DNA from: Desulfobaccales bacterium
GTDB lineage: Bacteria; Desulfobacterota; Desulfobaccia; Desulfobaccales; 0-14-0-80-60-11
Assembly (NCBI GenBank): GCA_049580385.1
Contig: JBAUPV010000030.1
Span: 769,974-833,973, forward strand
Direction of reading: 5' to 3'
DNA length: 64,000 nt
The notes beneath the pieces were generated by a model. It made no database searches and was not told the origin of the DNA. It saw only the letters and a program-made list of their open reading frames with translations. Positions 8,670 through 16,646 of the stretch are shown one piece after another; within the stretch, counting starts at the first letter, position 1; the number at the start of each line of letters is the position of its first letter. A program made the translations under genes and the position numbers.

Positions 8670-9731
8670 TTATCCCCTTTGCAGGTCCTCGAGGGAGAAG
8701 GGGATGCCAAACTCACTGCACAGAGCCTTAAACTCTGAGATCGTTTCCGCGCCGATGGGTATGCCTAGCGCTCGGTTTTCGCGGGTCTTTCTGATGGAGC
8801 GCTCGCCGGGGATGAGGATCTCTTCGACTCCCGGGAGCCTCTCGCAGCCCTTGATATGGTCCAGTAAGCCATTAATCCGCTCTTTAAAGAGGGCGATATC
8901 CATGAAGGCGGCGATATTGAAAAGGCAGAAGAAATGGCCGATGTTTTGCGTGCGGGAAAAATCCTTGTACAGGGAGCCCACCCCGGGACCGATATCCGAC
9001 CCGGAGAGCACCCCCGCCAGCACCTCTATCATTAACGCCAGGGCGTAACCTTTGTGGCCCGCCATGGTGAGGACGGTCCCGGCCATGGCCCTATCGGGAT
9101 CGGTAGTCGGGTTTCCCTCCGGGTCCAGGGCCCACCCCAGGGGAATGGCCTCACCCCGGCGTCGGGCGGCTATGATGTTGCCCCGGGCCACCACCGAGGT
9201 GGAGAGATCGATTTTTACCGGATAGCCTTTACCGGTGGGGAATGAGATCGCCAGGGGATTGGTGCCGAAAAATGCCGAACGTCCGCCCGTAGGAGGCATG
9301 GCCGACTCGACGTTGGTCATCGCCAAAAGGGCCATCTCATCCTCGGCGGCTTTATTGGTGAAGTAAGAAAGCGCCCCGCAATGGTTGGAGTTGTGGATGG
9401 CGGCGGCGGCACAGCCCGATTCCCGGGCCATGGGAATCAAGAGCTGGAGCGTCTTGTAAGCCTGGACCTGGCCCAACCCGTTGTTGGCATTGATGGTCAG
9501 CGCGGCCGGCTGCTTCTTCTCGATGGTGATCTCGGCCTTGGGATCGATGAGGCCTTCCCGCAGGCGCCGGGAGTAGATGCCTACCCGTGAAACTCCATGC
9601 GTGGAGGTTCCCTGCAGATCGGCCTCGACGAGCGAGTCGGCCAGAATCAGCGCCTCGGCTGCCGGCACCCCGGTGCTTTCGAAGATTTTGGCTGCCAATT
9701 CTCTTATCCGTTCTGGATGGAAGTGCGCCAT
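8670..9731 (-). CDS. Ldh_2-family 2-hydroxyacid dehydrogenase (malate/L-lactate/(R)-sulfolactate ComC/ureidoglycolate dehydrogenase family)
   Basis: The 403-aa track ORF would overlap the MFS gene, so it is trimmed to ATG 9731 with AAGGAGGA SD: MAHFHPERIRELAAKIF... Family motifs are STHGVSRV, NSNHCGALSYF and MAGHKGYALALMIEVLAG. Confidence 0.8.
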   Translation of the reverse strand: MAHFHPERIRELAAKIFESTGVPAAEALILADSLVEADLQGTSTHGVSRVGIYSRRLREGLIDPKAEITIEKKQPAALTINANNGLGQVQAYKTLQLLIPMARESGCAAAAIHNSNHCGALSYFTNKAAEDEMALLAMTNVESAMPPTGGRSAFFGTNPLAISFPTGKGYPVKIDLSTSVVARGNIIAARRRGEAIPLGWALDPEGNPTTDPDRAMAGTVLTMAGHKGYALALMIEVLAGVLSGSDIGPGVGSLYKDFSRTQNIGHFFCLFNIAAFMDIALFKERINGLLDHIKGCERLPGVEEILIPGERSIRKTRENRALGIPIGAETISEFKALCSEFGIPFSLEDLQRG

Positions 9732-9820
9732 TATGAGATCCTCCTTAAGGCTTAGGTCAATGGATTCCCATGATAAAAAGAAAGCAAAATTCGAGCCAGT
9801 GCCAGGATGAAAAAGTGAAG

Positions 9821-11050
9821 CTACAAATTTGTCGGGATAAGTTCGTCTCGTCCGGCCAGGCCGGGAAACAGGCGCATCCACAGCGCCACCACCAATAAGG
9901 TGCCGAGACCGCCGATTACCACCGCCGGCACCGTGCCCAACCAGGCGGCAGTGACTCCGGATTCGAATTCTCCCAGTTGATTGGAGGCGCCGATAAAGAT
10001 AAAATTGACCGCACTCACCCGTCCCCTTTTTTCATCCGGCGTCTCCAACTGCACCAGGGTCGAGCGAATTACCACGCTGATTATGTCGGTGGCCCCGAGG
10101 ACCATGAGGGCGGCCAGGGACAGCCAGAAAAACCGGGAGAGACCGAAGACGATGGTGGCGATGCCAAACCCGGCTACCGCGGCGAACATGATCCTGCCGA
10201 CCCCGTGTTTGACGGGCCGCCGCACCAGATACGCCGACATGGAGAGCGCTCCCACCGCCGGCGCCGCCCGCAGCAATCCCAGACCCCAGGGACCCGTGAA
10301 GAGAATGTCCCGGGCAAAGATAGGCAAGAGAGCGGTAGCGCCGCCCAGCAGCACTGCGAACAAGTCCAGCGAAATGGCGCCGAGTATATCGGGCTTGCTC
10401 TTGATATAGGCGACCCCTTCGAAAACCGATTTCAGGGTAGGTGGTTCCCGGCGAGGCGCAATCGCAGGCGGAGAGATGCCCAAGACAAACAGCGCTGCCA
10501 GACCATAACAGGCGGCAATGCAGGTGTAGGCTACGCCTGCGCCGGCGAGGTAGATGAAGCCGCCCAGGGCCGGGCCCAGGATGCTCCCGAGCTGCCACCC
10601 CGTCGCGCTCAAGGCGAGGCATTCCGGCAATATGTCCGGCTTCACCAACGTGGGCAAAAAAGCCTGCATGGTCGGGTTCTGGAACGCTCTGGCCGCGCCG
10701 AACAGGAAAACACAGGCGAGGATAAGGTGAGGGCTAAGGGCGTGGGCAAAGCTGCCGGCGGCCAGCATTGCGGCCAGGGCGAATTCACTGAGGAAACAGA
10801 TTGAAGCAATCCGCCGCCGCTCATAGCGATCAGCCACGTGTCCTACCACCAAAGAGAGAAGGAATTGAGGCAGGAACAGCGACAGGCCGATGAGTCCCAG
10901 GCTGAGGGCGCTCCGGGTCAAGTCGTAAATCTGCCAACCCACGGCAACCGAGAACATTTGATAGGCGAGATTGGAAGAGATTTGAGCAGCCAGAAACCGC
11001 TTGAAGGCAGGAATGCTAAAGAGATGACGTTGGCTCGGCTGCATCTTCAT
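9821..11050 (-). CDS. MFS transporter (EntS/MFS_3-like)
   Basis: 409 aa with about 12 hydrophobic helices. FKRFLAAQISSNLAYQMFSVAVGW...GHVADRYERRRI is the typical MFS N-terminus and loop 2-3 motif. Confidence 0.85.
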   Translation of the reverse strand: MKMQPSQRHLFSIPAFKRFLAAQISSNLAYQMFSVAVGWQIYDLTRSALSLGLIGLSLFLPQFLLSLVVGHVADRYERRRIASICFLSEFALAAMLAAGSFAHALSPHLILACVFLFGAARAFQNPTMQAFLPTLVKPDILPECLALSATGWQLGSILGPALGGFIYLAGAGVAYTCIAACYGLAALFVLGISPPAIAPRREPPTLKSVFEGVAYIKSKPDILGAISLDLFAVLLGGATALLPIFARDILFTGPWGLGLLRAAPAVGALSMSAYLVRRPVKHGVGRIMFAAVAGFGIATIVFGLSRFFWLSLAALMVLGATDIISVVIRSTLVQLETPDEKRGRVSAVNFIFIGASNQLGEFESGVTAAWLGTVPAVVIGGLGTLLVVALWMRLFPGLAGRDELIPTNL

Positions 11051-11307
11051 GGGGCGCCCAGCCCCCTCGACGATTTGGCTAAGCGTGAGTGCGGGCTAAA
11101 CGTCTTATCTAACCCAGAATCACCCTTAGGACAAGGAAGAATTTAGGCGGCAGCCTCAGGGTACGCCTGGGGAATTTTTATCAGACAATTCTTGGGAGGT
11201 GATGGTCGTTTGCGGCCTGGCAGGGTGGCTACTGATAGTATCTCTAATTTCAACGACCTGAACTAACCGCAGCATCAGGCCCTGCCGCGGTTGGCGGCAA
11301 ACGGAGG

Positions 11308-11616
11308 TCACTTTTTCATGGAGGCCTCCAGGCGGCTCAGACGCTCCTCCAGACAGGAGAAGGGGGTGGGAGGCGGCGTCCCTATCGGGGAAGGCGCCTG
11401 GAAGGCAGGATTGCCGGCCCACCAATCGATGCCGATTTCCCGGGCCTTGTCCACCGAGCAAATTACCAGGCGGATCTGCAAGCTGAGCAGTTCCACGTCC
11501 ACTAGTTTGATCTTGATATCCCCGGCAATGACAATGCCCCGGTCCAGGATCCGCTCTAGCAGGTCCGCCAGGGTGCTGGATTGCATAGCGTGGGTGATGG
11601 CTGCCTGGCGTGCCAT
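11308..11616 (-). CDS. gvpJ: Gas vesicle protein GvpJ (GvpA-family paralogue with extended C-terminus)
   Basis: Trimmed to ATG 11616 (AAGGAG SD). MARQAAITHAMQSSTLADLLERILDRGIVIAGDIKIKLVDVELLSLQIRLVICSVDKA is the GvpA/J core. Confidence 0.8.
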   Translation of the reverse strand: MARQAAITHAMQSSTLADLLERILDRGIVIAGDIKIKLVDVELLSLQIRLVICSVDKAREIGIDWWAGNPAFQAPSPIGTPPPTPFSCLEERLSRLEASMKK

Positions 11617-11620
11617 GGCT

Positions 11621-12010
11621 TCACTCCTTGAATAGCCGGCCCAGGGGACCCAGGTCGAGTGAGAGGTCTGCTTCCTCCAGGCCAAATTCCTGGCGTAGCC
11701 GGTCGATTTCCTGAGCCTGGCGTCTCAGGGTTTCGCCCAGCCGTTCAATCTCTTCGGGGCTGAGGCGGTCGGCTTCCATCCTGCGGATGGCCTGTCGTTC
11801 CAGGAGTTCGTGCAGGAGTTTCACCAGGGCCAGGACCAGCCGCCCCAGCCCGTTTTTCACCTGGTCTTTATCCAGGTTGAGGCGGGGCGGGGAGGTTTCA
11901 ACTCCCGGCAGCCATTCGCCTTCCCGGGGTTCCAGCAAGCGGGCAAAGATGCCGGGAGAGGTGCATTCCACCTGAGAAGGTCCGGAGACCTTGGCTGGTC
12001 CGTGCTTCAA
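11621..12010 (-). CDS. gvpK: Gas vesicle protein GvpK
   Basis: 129 aa. GLGRLVLALVKLLHELLERQAIRRM is the GvpK signature helix. The TTG start overlaps the upstream stop (TTGA). Confidence 0.8.
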   Translation of the reverse strand: MKHGPAKVSGPSQVECTSPGIFARLLEPREGEWLPGVETSPPRLNLDKDQVKNGLGRLVLALVKLLHELLERQAIRRMEADRLSPEEIERLGETLRRQAQEIDRLRQEFGLEEADLSLDLGPLGRLFKE

Positions 12011-12237
12011 TGAATCTGCTCCTTTTCCAGGAAGATCTGCCGCCGGGCCCCTTCAATGGAAGTGATGACCAACTGCAGGCCCAGGTACAACAGGTCCACG
12101 TCCGCCACGGAGACCAGCACTTCTCCGGAGACCACCGCTCCCTTGGTGAGAATCCGATCCAGGGCCTCACACAGGGAGAGATGCTCCTCCTCTTCCTCCC
12201 ATGGCGCCTCGGGTCGCGACCAGCTCTTTGACCTCAT
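12007..12237 (-). CDS. Small GvpA-family paralogue (GvpS/GvpM-like)
   Basis: 76 aa. LCEALDRILTKGAVVSGEVLVSVADVDLLYLGLQLVITSIEGA is a GvpA-fold core. The ATG overlaps the gvpG stop (ATGA). Confidence 0.65.
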   Translation of the reverse strand: MRSKSWSRPEAPWEEEEEHLSLCEALDRILTKGAVVSGEVLVSVADVDLLYLGLQLVITSIEGARRQIFLEKEQIH

Positions 12238-12494
12238 TGATCCTCCTCCCCGGCCCCGATGAAGGCCCGCCGCTCCGGAAGCTGCTCCAGCCGGTCCAGG
12301 AGCTGCCGTTCCCGGTTATCGAACTCCTCTTCGGCAATCCTGCCGGACTCCAGCATCAGGTAGAGTTCCCGCAACTCCGCGGTAATGAGGTCGCCTTCCC
12401 GGGCCGAGTCCTCCTGGCCGGCGTCGCGTACCTTCTCCGCCAGCCACACGATCCCCTTGATCGGGGATAACAAGAGATCATCCAGTAAGAACAT
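12234..12494 (-). CDS. gvpG: Gas vesicle protein GvpG
   Basis: 86 aa. MFLLDDLLLSPIKGIVWLAEKV...GRIAEEEFDNRERQLLDRL matches the GvpG pattern. Confidence 0.75.
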   Translation of the reverse strand: MFLLDDLLLSPIKGIVWLAEKVRDAGQEDSAREGDLITAELRELYLMLESGRIAEEEFDNRERQLLDRLEQLPERRAFIGAGEEDQ

Positions 12495-12503
12495 TAGCCG
12501 CCC

Positions 12504-13322
12504 TTAAAGTTTGAGGTTGAGGTTTACAAAGCTGGCCGCAGGCCAGGGACCGCTGTAATCGAAAGCGACATTGTGATCAAACCGGGAGGCGGCCTCGAAA
12601 ACCCCGGCCTCGAATCGGGCCTGCGCCTCGGGTTCGCGCCCCACCAGGCAGGCCAGGTTCAGCACCTCGCGTTCTTGCCGGCAGCGGTTGCGCTTGCTTT
12701 CAGAGCAAAAGGGAGCCATGATTTCTTCAACCAGATCAGCGCAGGCTTCCCGATCTTCATGGAGGAGGCGCTCGAACAGGCGGCCAATCTCAATCTTGTT
12801 TTCCTGGGTCGCCTCCCGGTTGGCGCCAAATATTTGATCCCGCAGGGCCCGCAGTTCCGGATGGCTGCTGACAAAATATTCGAAGATGTTGGGCACCTCC
12901 CAGACGACCCGCAGCCCCATCTCCACCTTACCGGCCAGCCGGCGTAACTGTTTCACCAGGACCCCCTGGTGGCAGGCTAAAATGTTGAGGATGGCGCGGT
13001 CGCCGTCGGCGATCACGCCGAAGGAGATGGGCAGCATGGCTTCGGCCTCCTGGAGGCGTTTGAGCACCAGCTGGTGGGCGGCCAGGTTGGCGCGCTGCGG
13101 GCGAATCCTCTGAGGTGGGACATCGCTGACGACCGCGGCTACCGGCCCATGGGCCAGGGGATAAACCACGCCGCCGTTGATCCCACAGGGCCCGTAATCC
13201 CTGGCTGCCGTGGCGGTTATGACCGCATACAGATATCGGCCCCGCAGACCTTTATCATAAAGGTTGGCCTCCTGAGGTCGGGAGTTGCGAATCTTGCGGG
13301 CCGTGGCGGACTCGGCTTTCAT
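12504..13322 (-). CDS. Gas vesicle protein GvpF/GvpL family (copy 1)
   Basis: Trimmed to ATG 13322 (AAGAGGAG SD). The YLYAVI N-terminal strand and the C-terminal DYSGPWPAASFVN motif are typical of GvpF/L. Confidence 0.8.
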   Translation of the reverse strand: MKAESATARKIRNSRPQEANLYDKGLRGRYLYAVITATAARDYGPCGINGGVVYPLAHGPVAAVVSDVPPQRIRPQRANLAAHQLVLKRLQEAEAMLPISFGVIADGDRAILNILACHQGVLVKQLRRLAGKVEMGLRVVWEVPNIFEYFVSSHPELRALRDQIFGANREATQENKIEIGRLFERLLHEDREACADLVEEIMAPFCSESKRNRCRQEREVLNLACLVGREPEAQARFEAGVFEAASRFDHNVAFDYSGPWPAASFVNLNLKL

Positions 13323-13354
13323 GGATGAACTCCTCTTTGGGGGCTGCGGCTGGG

Positions 13355-13549
13355 TTAGACCCTGGCCTCCGGCTGGCGGTTCTCTGCCGGGAGAACCGGG
13401 ATCGCCGATTTTACGCATTTGATATGGCCTTGCACCGTTTTGATCAGCAGGAGATGGTGGCAGACAAAACACTTAATCTCCCCTTCATAGTCCTCATAGG
13501 CCTCGTCAATGTCGAAGTTGAAGCCGCACTCCAGGCAATTGATCTTCAT
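13355..13549 (-). CDS. 64-aa zinc-ribbon protein (two CxxC pairs)
   Basis: Hidden inside a 146-aa track ORF. ATG 13549 has an AAGGAG SD: MKINCLECGFNFDIDEAYEDYEGEIKCFVCHHLL... Confidence 0.5.
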   Translation of the reverse strand: MKINCLECGFNFDIDEAYEDYEGEIKCFVCHHLLLIKTVQGHIKCVKSAIPVLPAENRQPEARV

Positions 13550-13575
13550 GTTCGCTTCTCCTTTTTTCCAACGAT

Positions 13576-13944
13576 TCAAATGATCCCCTGCCCCTTGCAG
13601 TGATTGCAGTAAAAGAGTCCACTTTTCCCGGTCCCCCGGCAGCGGGGGCAGGGACCGGCCCCGGGACGCACCGACACCACTCCCACCCCGTTGCAGGCCA
13701 GACAGCGCAGGTCGCCGTGGGCGCAGCCGTTGCCGCCACATTCGAGGCAAGTGACCACCGGAGGCTTCACCCTCACCCGGCCGGCGCCCGCGCACACCGG
13801 GCAGCGGCCGGGACCCCCGTATTTGGGGTCACTACCGGTCCCCCGGCAGTAACCGCAGCTAACCGCTTCCAAAAATATGAGTCGCCGGCCCTGGCGGCCC
13901 TCAATTTTGGCTAACCGGGCCAGGACCTCCCGGGCGTACTCCAT
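13576..13944 (-). CDS. DnaJ-type zinc-finger repeat protein (6 x CxxCxGxG)
   Basis: The six motifs are CGYCRGTG, CPVCAGAG, CLECGGNG, CLACNGVG, CPRCRGTG and CNHCKGQG. The start is set at ATG 13944 (GGTGAGG upstream). The in-frame ORF extends to 14109, so the N-terminus is uncertain. Confidence 0.65.
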   Translation of the reverse strand: MEYAREVLARLAKIEGRQGRRLIFLEAVSCGYCRGTGSDPKYGGPGRCPVCAGAGRVRVKPPVVTCLECGGNGCAHGDLRCLACNGVGVVSVRPGAGPCPRCRGTGKSGLFYCNHCKGQGII

Positions 13945-14233
13945 GAACACCTCACCGCCAGGCGCATCCTGGCCTGGGGCGGCAGCACCCGGCACGGCCC
14001 CGCAGCCCAAAGAGAGTGACTTTGCCATTCCGCCAGCCGCCGACCTCGCCTTTGCTGCCGGCCAACCAGCCTGGCCGCCTCCACCCGGAGCCGGCAGGCG
14101 TCCTGCCATACCCTGGAAACCCCGGTGCCACAGGCCAGGGACCGGAAACCTTTGACATTAAGGCTGCGTCGTAACTGGCCGGAGTCCTTCACCGTTACCA
14201 TCTCTTCACCCCTTTTGGCCCGATGCCCTAACC

Positions 14234-14524
14234 TTAATACCTGATCTTCTGGCCGCCCCGCATCTTGGCGATCATGAGGGGGGCAGCCACCCCGGAGGGC
14301 TGCTCCATCATGAGCAGCAACGCTGCCTTCTCCTTTTCGATCTCTTGGAGCCGGATATCGATCTTATCCATGGTTTTCAGCGCCGCGAACCGCTCCCGGG
14401 TCCGCCGGGCCTTCTCCATCTCCAGGCAACTGATCTTGAGGTAGGCCCGGTAAGGCAGGGAAACCCGGTCCACCCGGCCCGACAGGGTGGGAATGTCCCT
14501 GAGATTTTTTCTAATATCCGCCAT
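14234..14524 (-). CDS. Hypothetical coiled-coil protein of the gvp operon
   Basis: Trimmed to ATG 14524 (AAGGAA SD): MADIRKNLRDIPTLSGRVDRVSLPYRAYLKISCLEMEKARR... No motif recognised. It occupies the slot after gvpN that gvpV holds in Serratia-type clusters (position only). Confidence 0.5.
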   Translation of the reverse strand: MADIRKNLRDIPTLSGRVDRVSLPYRAYLKISCLEMEKARRTRERFAALKTMDKIDIRLQEIEKEKAALLLMMEQPSGVAAPLMIAKMRGGQKIRY

Positions 14525-14573
14525 TCCTATTTCCTTTTCGGCTGATTTTTCCAAACTCTTTAATATCCCTATC

Positions 14574-15548
14574 CTAATTACGGCCCCGGGATTGACACAC
14601 CCGCTTCACCACTTCCATGACCTTATCGGGCATGAGGGATTGGCCTGCCCGGGTTACCTTGGCGGTGTCGATATTCAGCACCTCCAGGCAGGTCTGCACA
14701 AAATTCTGGTCGGACAACCGGGCCTCGGACTTGAGGTGGACCAGCATCTTCGCTATGGCTATGGCCGCCCGGATGGTGGGCCGGTGGTTGTTCACCCCCA
14801 CCTCCCGCAACTCCCGCACCACCTCCACAATGATTTCGGACTCCTCCCGGGGAAACCCCGATTTGGAGGTGGTGATCTGGATCTCCGTCTCCCTGTCGAA
14901 ATGGTGCAGGCTCAGCGTGATAAGCCGGTCCATCAAGGCGTCCTGGGTCTTGTGGATGCCAGCGTACTCCTCAGGATTGGAGGTGAAGATGGCCCGAAAA
15001 TTGGGATGGACCTCCATGTAGCCCTCCCCGGAACGCCGCAATCTCGGGAGGTTGAGAATCTTTTCCGACAAAATGCTGAGAAGAGCGTTATTGGCCTCTG
15101 GCCGCGACCTGGTAAACTCGTCGTAGATCAGGGTGTCGCCATTCTGGCAGGCGGTAGTGAGGCGGTTGTCCACCCAGATGGACTTCATCTCCTCTTCGGT
15201 CTTCATCACCGAACGGATGTAGTTGTCGACGAGTTTAAATTTACGGTAGCCGGAGTCCCGGCCCACCAGGTCGGAGCTGCCGAACTCGGCGTCACCGTGG
15301 AGCAAGGTGACCGGTTGGCCCCGCATGGCGGCCACGTGGAAGGCCAGGGTGGTTTTGCCGGTGCCCGCCGGCCCGCAAAAATGCACAGGATAGCCCACCT
15401 CCAGGTAGGCCAGAGCCCGCCGGGTTAACTCCTGGACATAAGGGGTCTGGACAAACTCCTCGCTCGCTTCCGGGACTATGGTGTCTTCCTGGGGCTGGAC
15501 CCGCACCACCGGCGCCAGGGCCAGACCCTGCAGTTCATCCCTGCTCAT
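14574..15548 (-). CDS. gvpN: Gas vesicle AAA+ ATPase GvpN
   Basis: 324 aa. The FCGPAGTGKTTLAFHVA Walker A and the LIYDEFTRSRPEANNALLSIL region mark the GvpN/CbbQ/NirQ-type AAA+ family. Confidence 0.9.
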   Translation of the reverse strand: MSRDELQGLALAPVVRVQPQEDTIVPEASEEFVQTPYVQELTRRALAYLEVGYPVHFCGPAGTGKTTLAFHVAAMRGQPVTLLHGDAEFGSSDLVGRDSGYRKFKLVDNYIRSVMKTEEEMKSIWVDNRLTTACQNGDTLIYDEFTRSRPEANNALLSILSEKILNLPRLRRSGEGYMEVHPNFRAIFTSNPEEYAGIHKTQDALMDRLITLSLHHFDRETEIQITTSKSGFPREESEIIVEVVRELREVGVNNHRPTIRAAIAIAKMLVHLKSEARLSDQNFVQTCLEVLNIDTAKVTRAGQSLMPDKVMEVVKRVCQSRGRN

Positions 15549-15590
15549 GGTTGCCGCTCCTTTAAGGAAATTGAGAAAACCCGGAGTGGC

Positions 15591-15944
15591 TCAAGCAGAC
15601 GAGCCAGCACCGCCCCGGGGCAAATCTTCCAGCCAGCCACGACCGCGACAGCTGAGACAGGCCATGGCAGGCGCCGAAGGGTCATCTCCCGAACCCCGGC
15701 AGGTGGGGCAGGGGAGGGTGGGGCCCCGGAGGGCCGCCACCATCCCTTTGCCTCCACAAACAGTGCAGGTAAGGGTCTTTACCGCCCCGGTTCCCCGGCA
15801 ATGGCGGCAGGGGCGGGAGGGCGCGGGTGCCCGCACCCAGCCCCGGCCCCCGCAGACGCAGCAGGTGGACTGCCAGGACATGATCCCAAAGGGATCCTTA
15901 CCGCGACCGCCACAGAAGGCGCAGGGAGTTTTTGGTGATGGCAC
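15591..15944 (-). CDS. DnaJ-type zinc-finger repeat protein (6 x CxxCxGxG)
   Basis: 117 aa with a GTG start and GGAAGGAGG SD. The six motifs are CAFCGGRG, CCVCGGRG, CRHCRGTG, CTVCGGKG, CPTCRGSG and CLSCRGRG. Confidence 0.7.
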   Translation of the reverse strand: MPSPKTPCAFCGGRGKDPFGIMSWQSTCCVCGGRGWVRAPAPSRPCRHCRGTGAVKTLTCTVCGGKGMVAALRGPTLPCPTCRGSGDDPSAPAMACLSCRGRGWLEDLPRGGAGSSA

Positions 15945-15965
15945 CGGCGCACCTCCTTCCTCTGG

Positions 15966-16589
15966 TTATTTTTCCTTCTCCGGTTTCTTCCCTTCCTTGG
16001 CCCGGTGTTGCGCTGCGGTCAGGGCCGCGGCCCGCTGCTGGGCTTCTTGTTTTTCCCGATGCAGCCGCGCCGCCTCAGCCTTGGCCTTCTCCGTCTTCTC
16101 TGCCAGGGACGGCCCAAAAAAGGCCCGGCGGGCCCCGTTTAAGTCGTCGGCGGTTTCCTGCCTCAGGGCACTAACGTTCCTTTCCAGACGGGAAAGGAAC
16201 TGCCGCCGGGTCCTCCGGCCCTGCCTGCCCATCTCGGCATGGCTGCGCCGGAAACCGTCCTGCAGATCGCCCACCTGGCCCTGCAACTCGGCCACGAAGG
16301 CCCGCCGCCGGGACCGGTTCTCCGCGCTCATCTGCTGCAATGCCTGACGATGCCCCTGCCGCAGCTGAAACACCCCTGACTTGAGATCGTTTACAAAGCT
16401 CAGGCGGTCCGCCCTGGCAACCTTGGCCAGATGAGTCTGCGCCTTTTTCGTCTCTTTCCTAAGGTGCTGCACCGCGGTCTTCAGGGCCTTGGCGTCTCGG
16501 GCCAGGTTCTGGCACAATTGCCCCCGATCCCGGCGCCAGCCTCCGATCTCCTGGCAGAGCCGGGTCATGTCTTTGGTCAGATTACCCAT
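15966..16589 (-). CDS. GvpC-like repeat protein (candidate outer-surface strengthening protein)
   Basis: Trimmed to ATG 16589 (AAAGGAG SD), 207 aa, directly downstream of gvpA. It has four to five ~33-40-aa repeats (DRGQLCQNLARDAKAL / DRLSFVNDLKSGVFQL / RRRAFVAELQGQVGDL / TRRQFLSRLERNVSAL / ARRAFF) and a Lys/Glu-rich tail. Confidence 0.5.
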   Translation of the reverse strand: MGNLTKDMTRLCQEIGGWRRDRGQLCQNLARDAKALKTAVQHLRKETKKAQTHLAKVARADRLSFVNDLKSGVFQLRQGHRQALQQMSAENRSRRRAFVAELQGQVGDLQDGFRRSHAEMGRQGRRTRRQFLSRLERNVSALRQETADDLNGARRAFFGPSLAEKTEKAKAEAARLHREKQEAQQRAAALTAAQHRAKEGKKPEKEK

Positions 16590-16646
16590 ATTGGGCTCCT
16601 TTGATAATTTGCTACGGTCGCTTCCTGGCCGGAGCATAACCCCTTA

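Noticed and set aside
9732-9881. N-terminal 50-aa extension of the Ldh_2 ORF (similar extensions at 13323-13472, 24821-25057, 25605-25757, 18978-19220, 30258-30335 and 34643-34861)
   Set aside because: The extensions overlap neighbouring genes or are non-protein-like. In each case an internal ATG with a strong SD matches the expected family N-terminus.
14487-16347. Plus-strand ORFs 14487..15428 (313 aa) and 15478..16347 (289 aa)
   Set aside because: They are antisense to gvpN, the ZnF gene and the gvpC-like gene, and have a low-complexity P/R/G/A composition.
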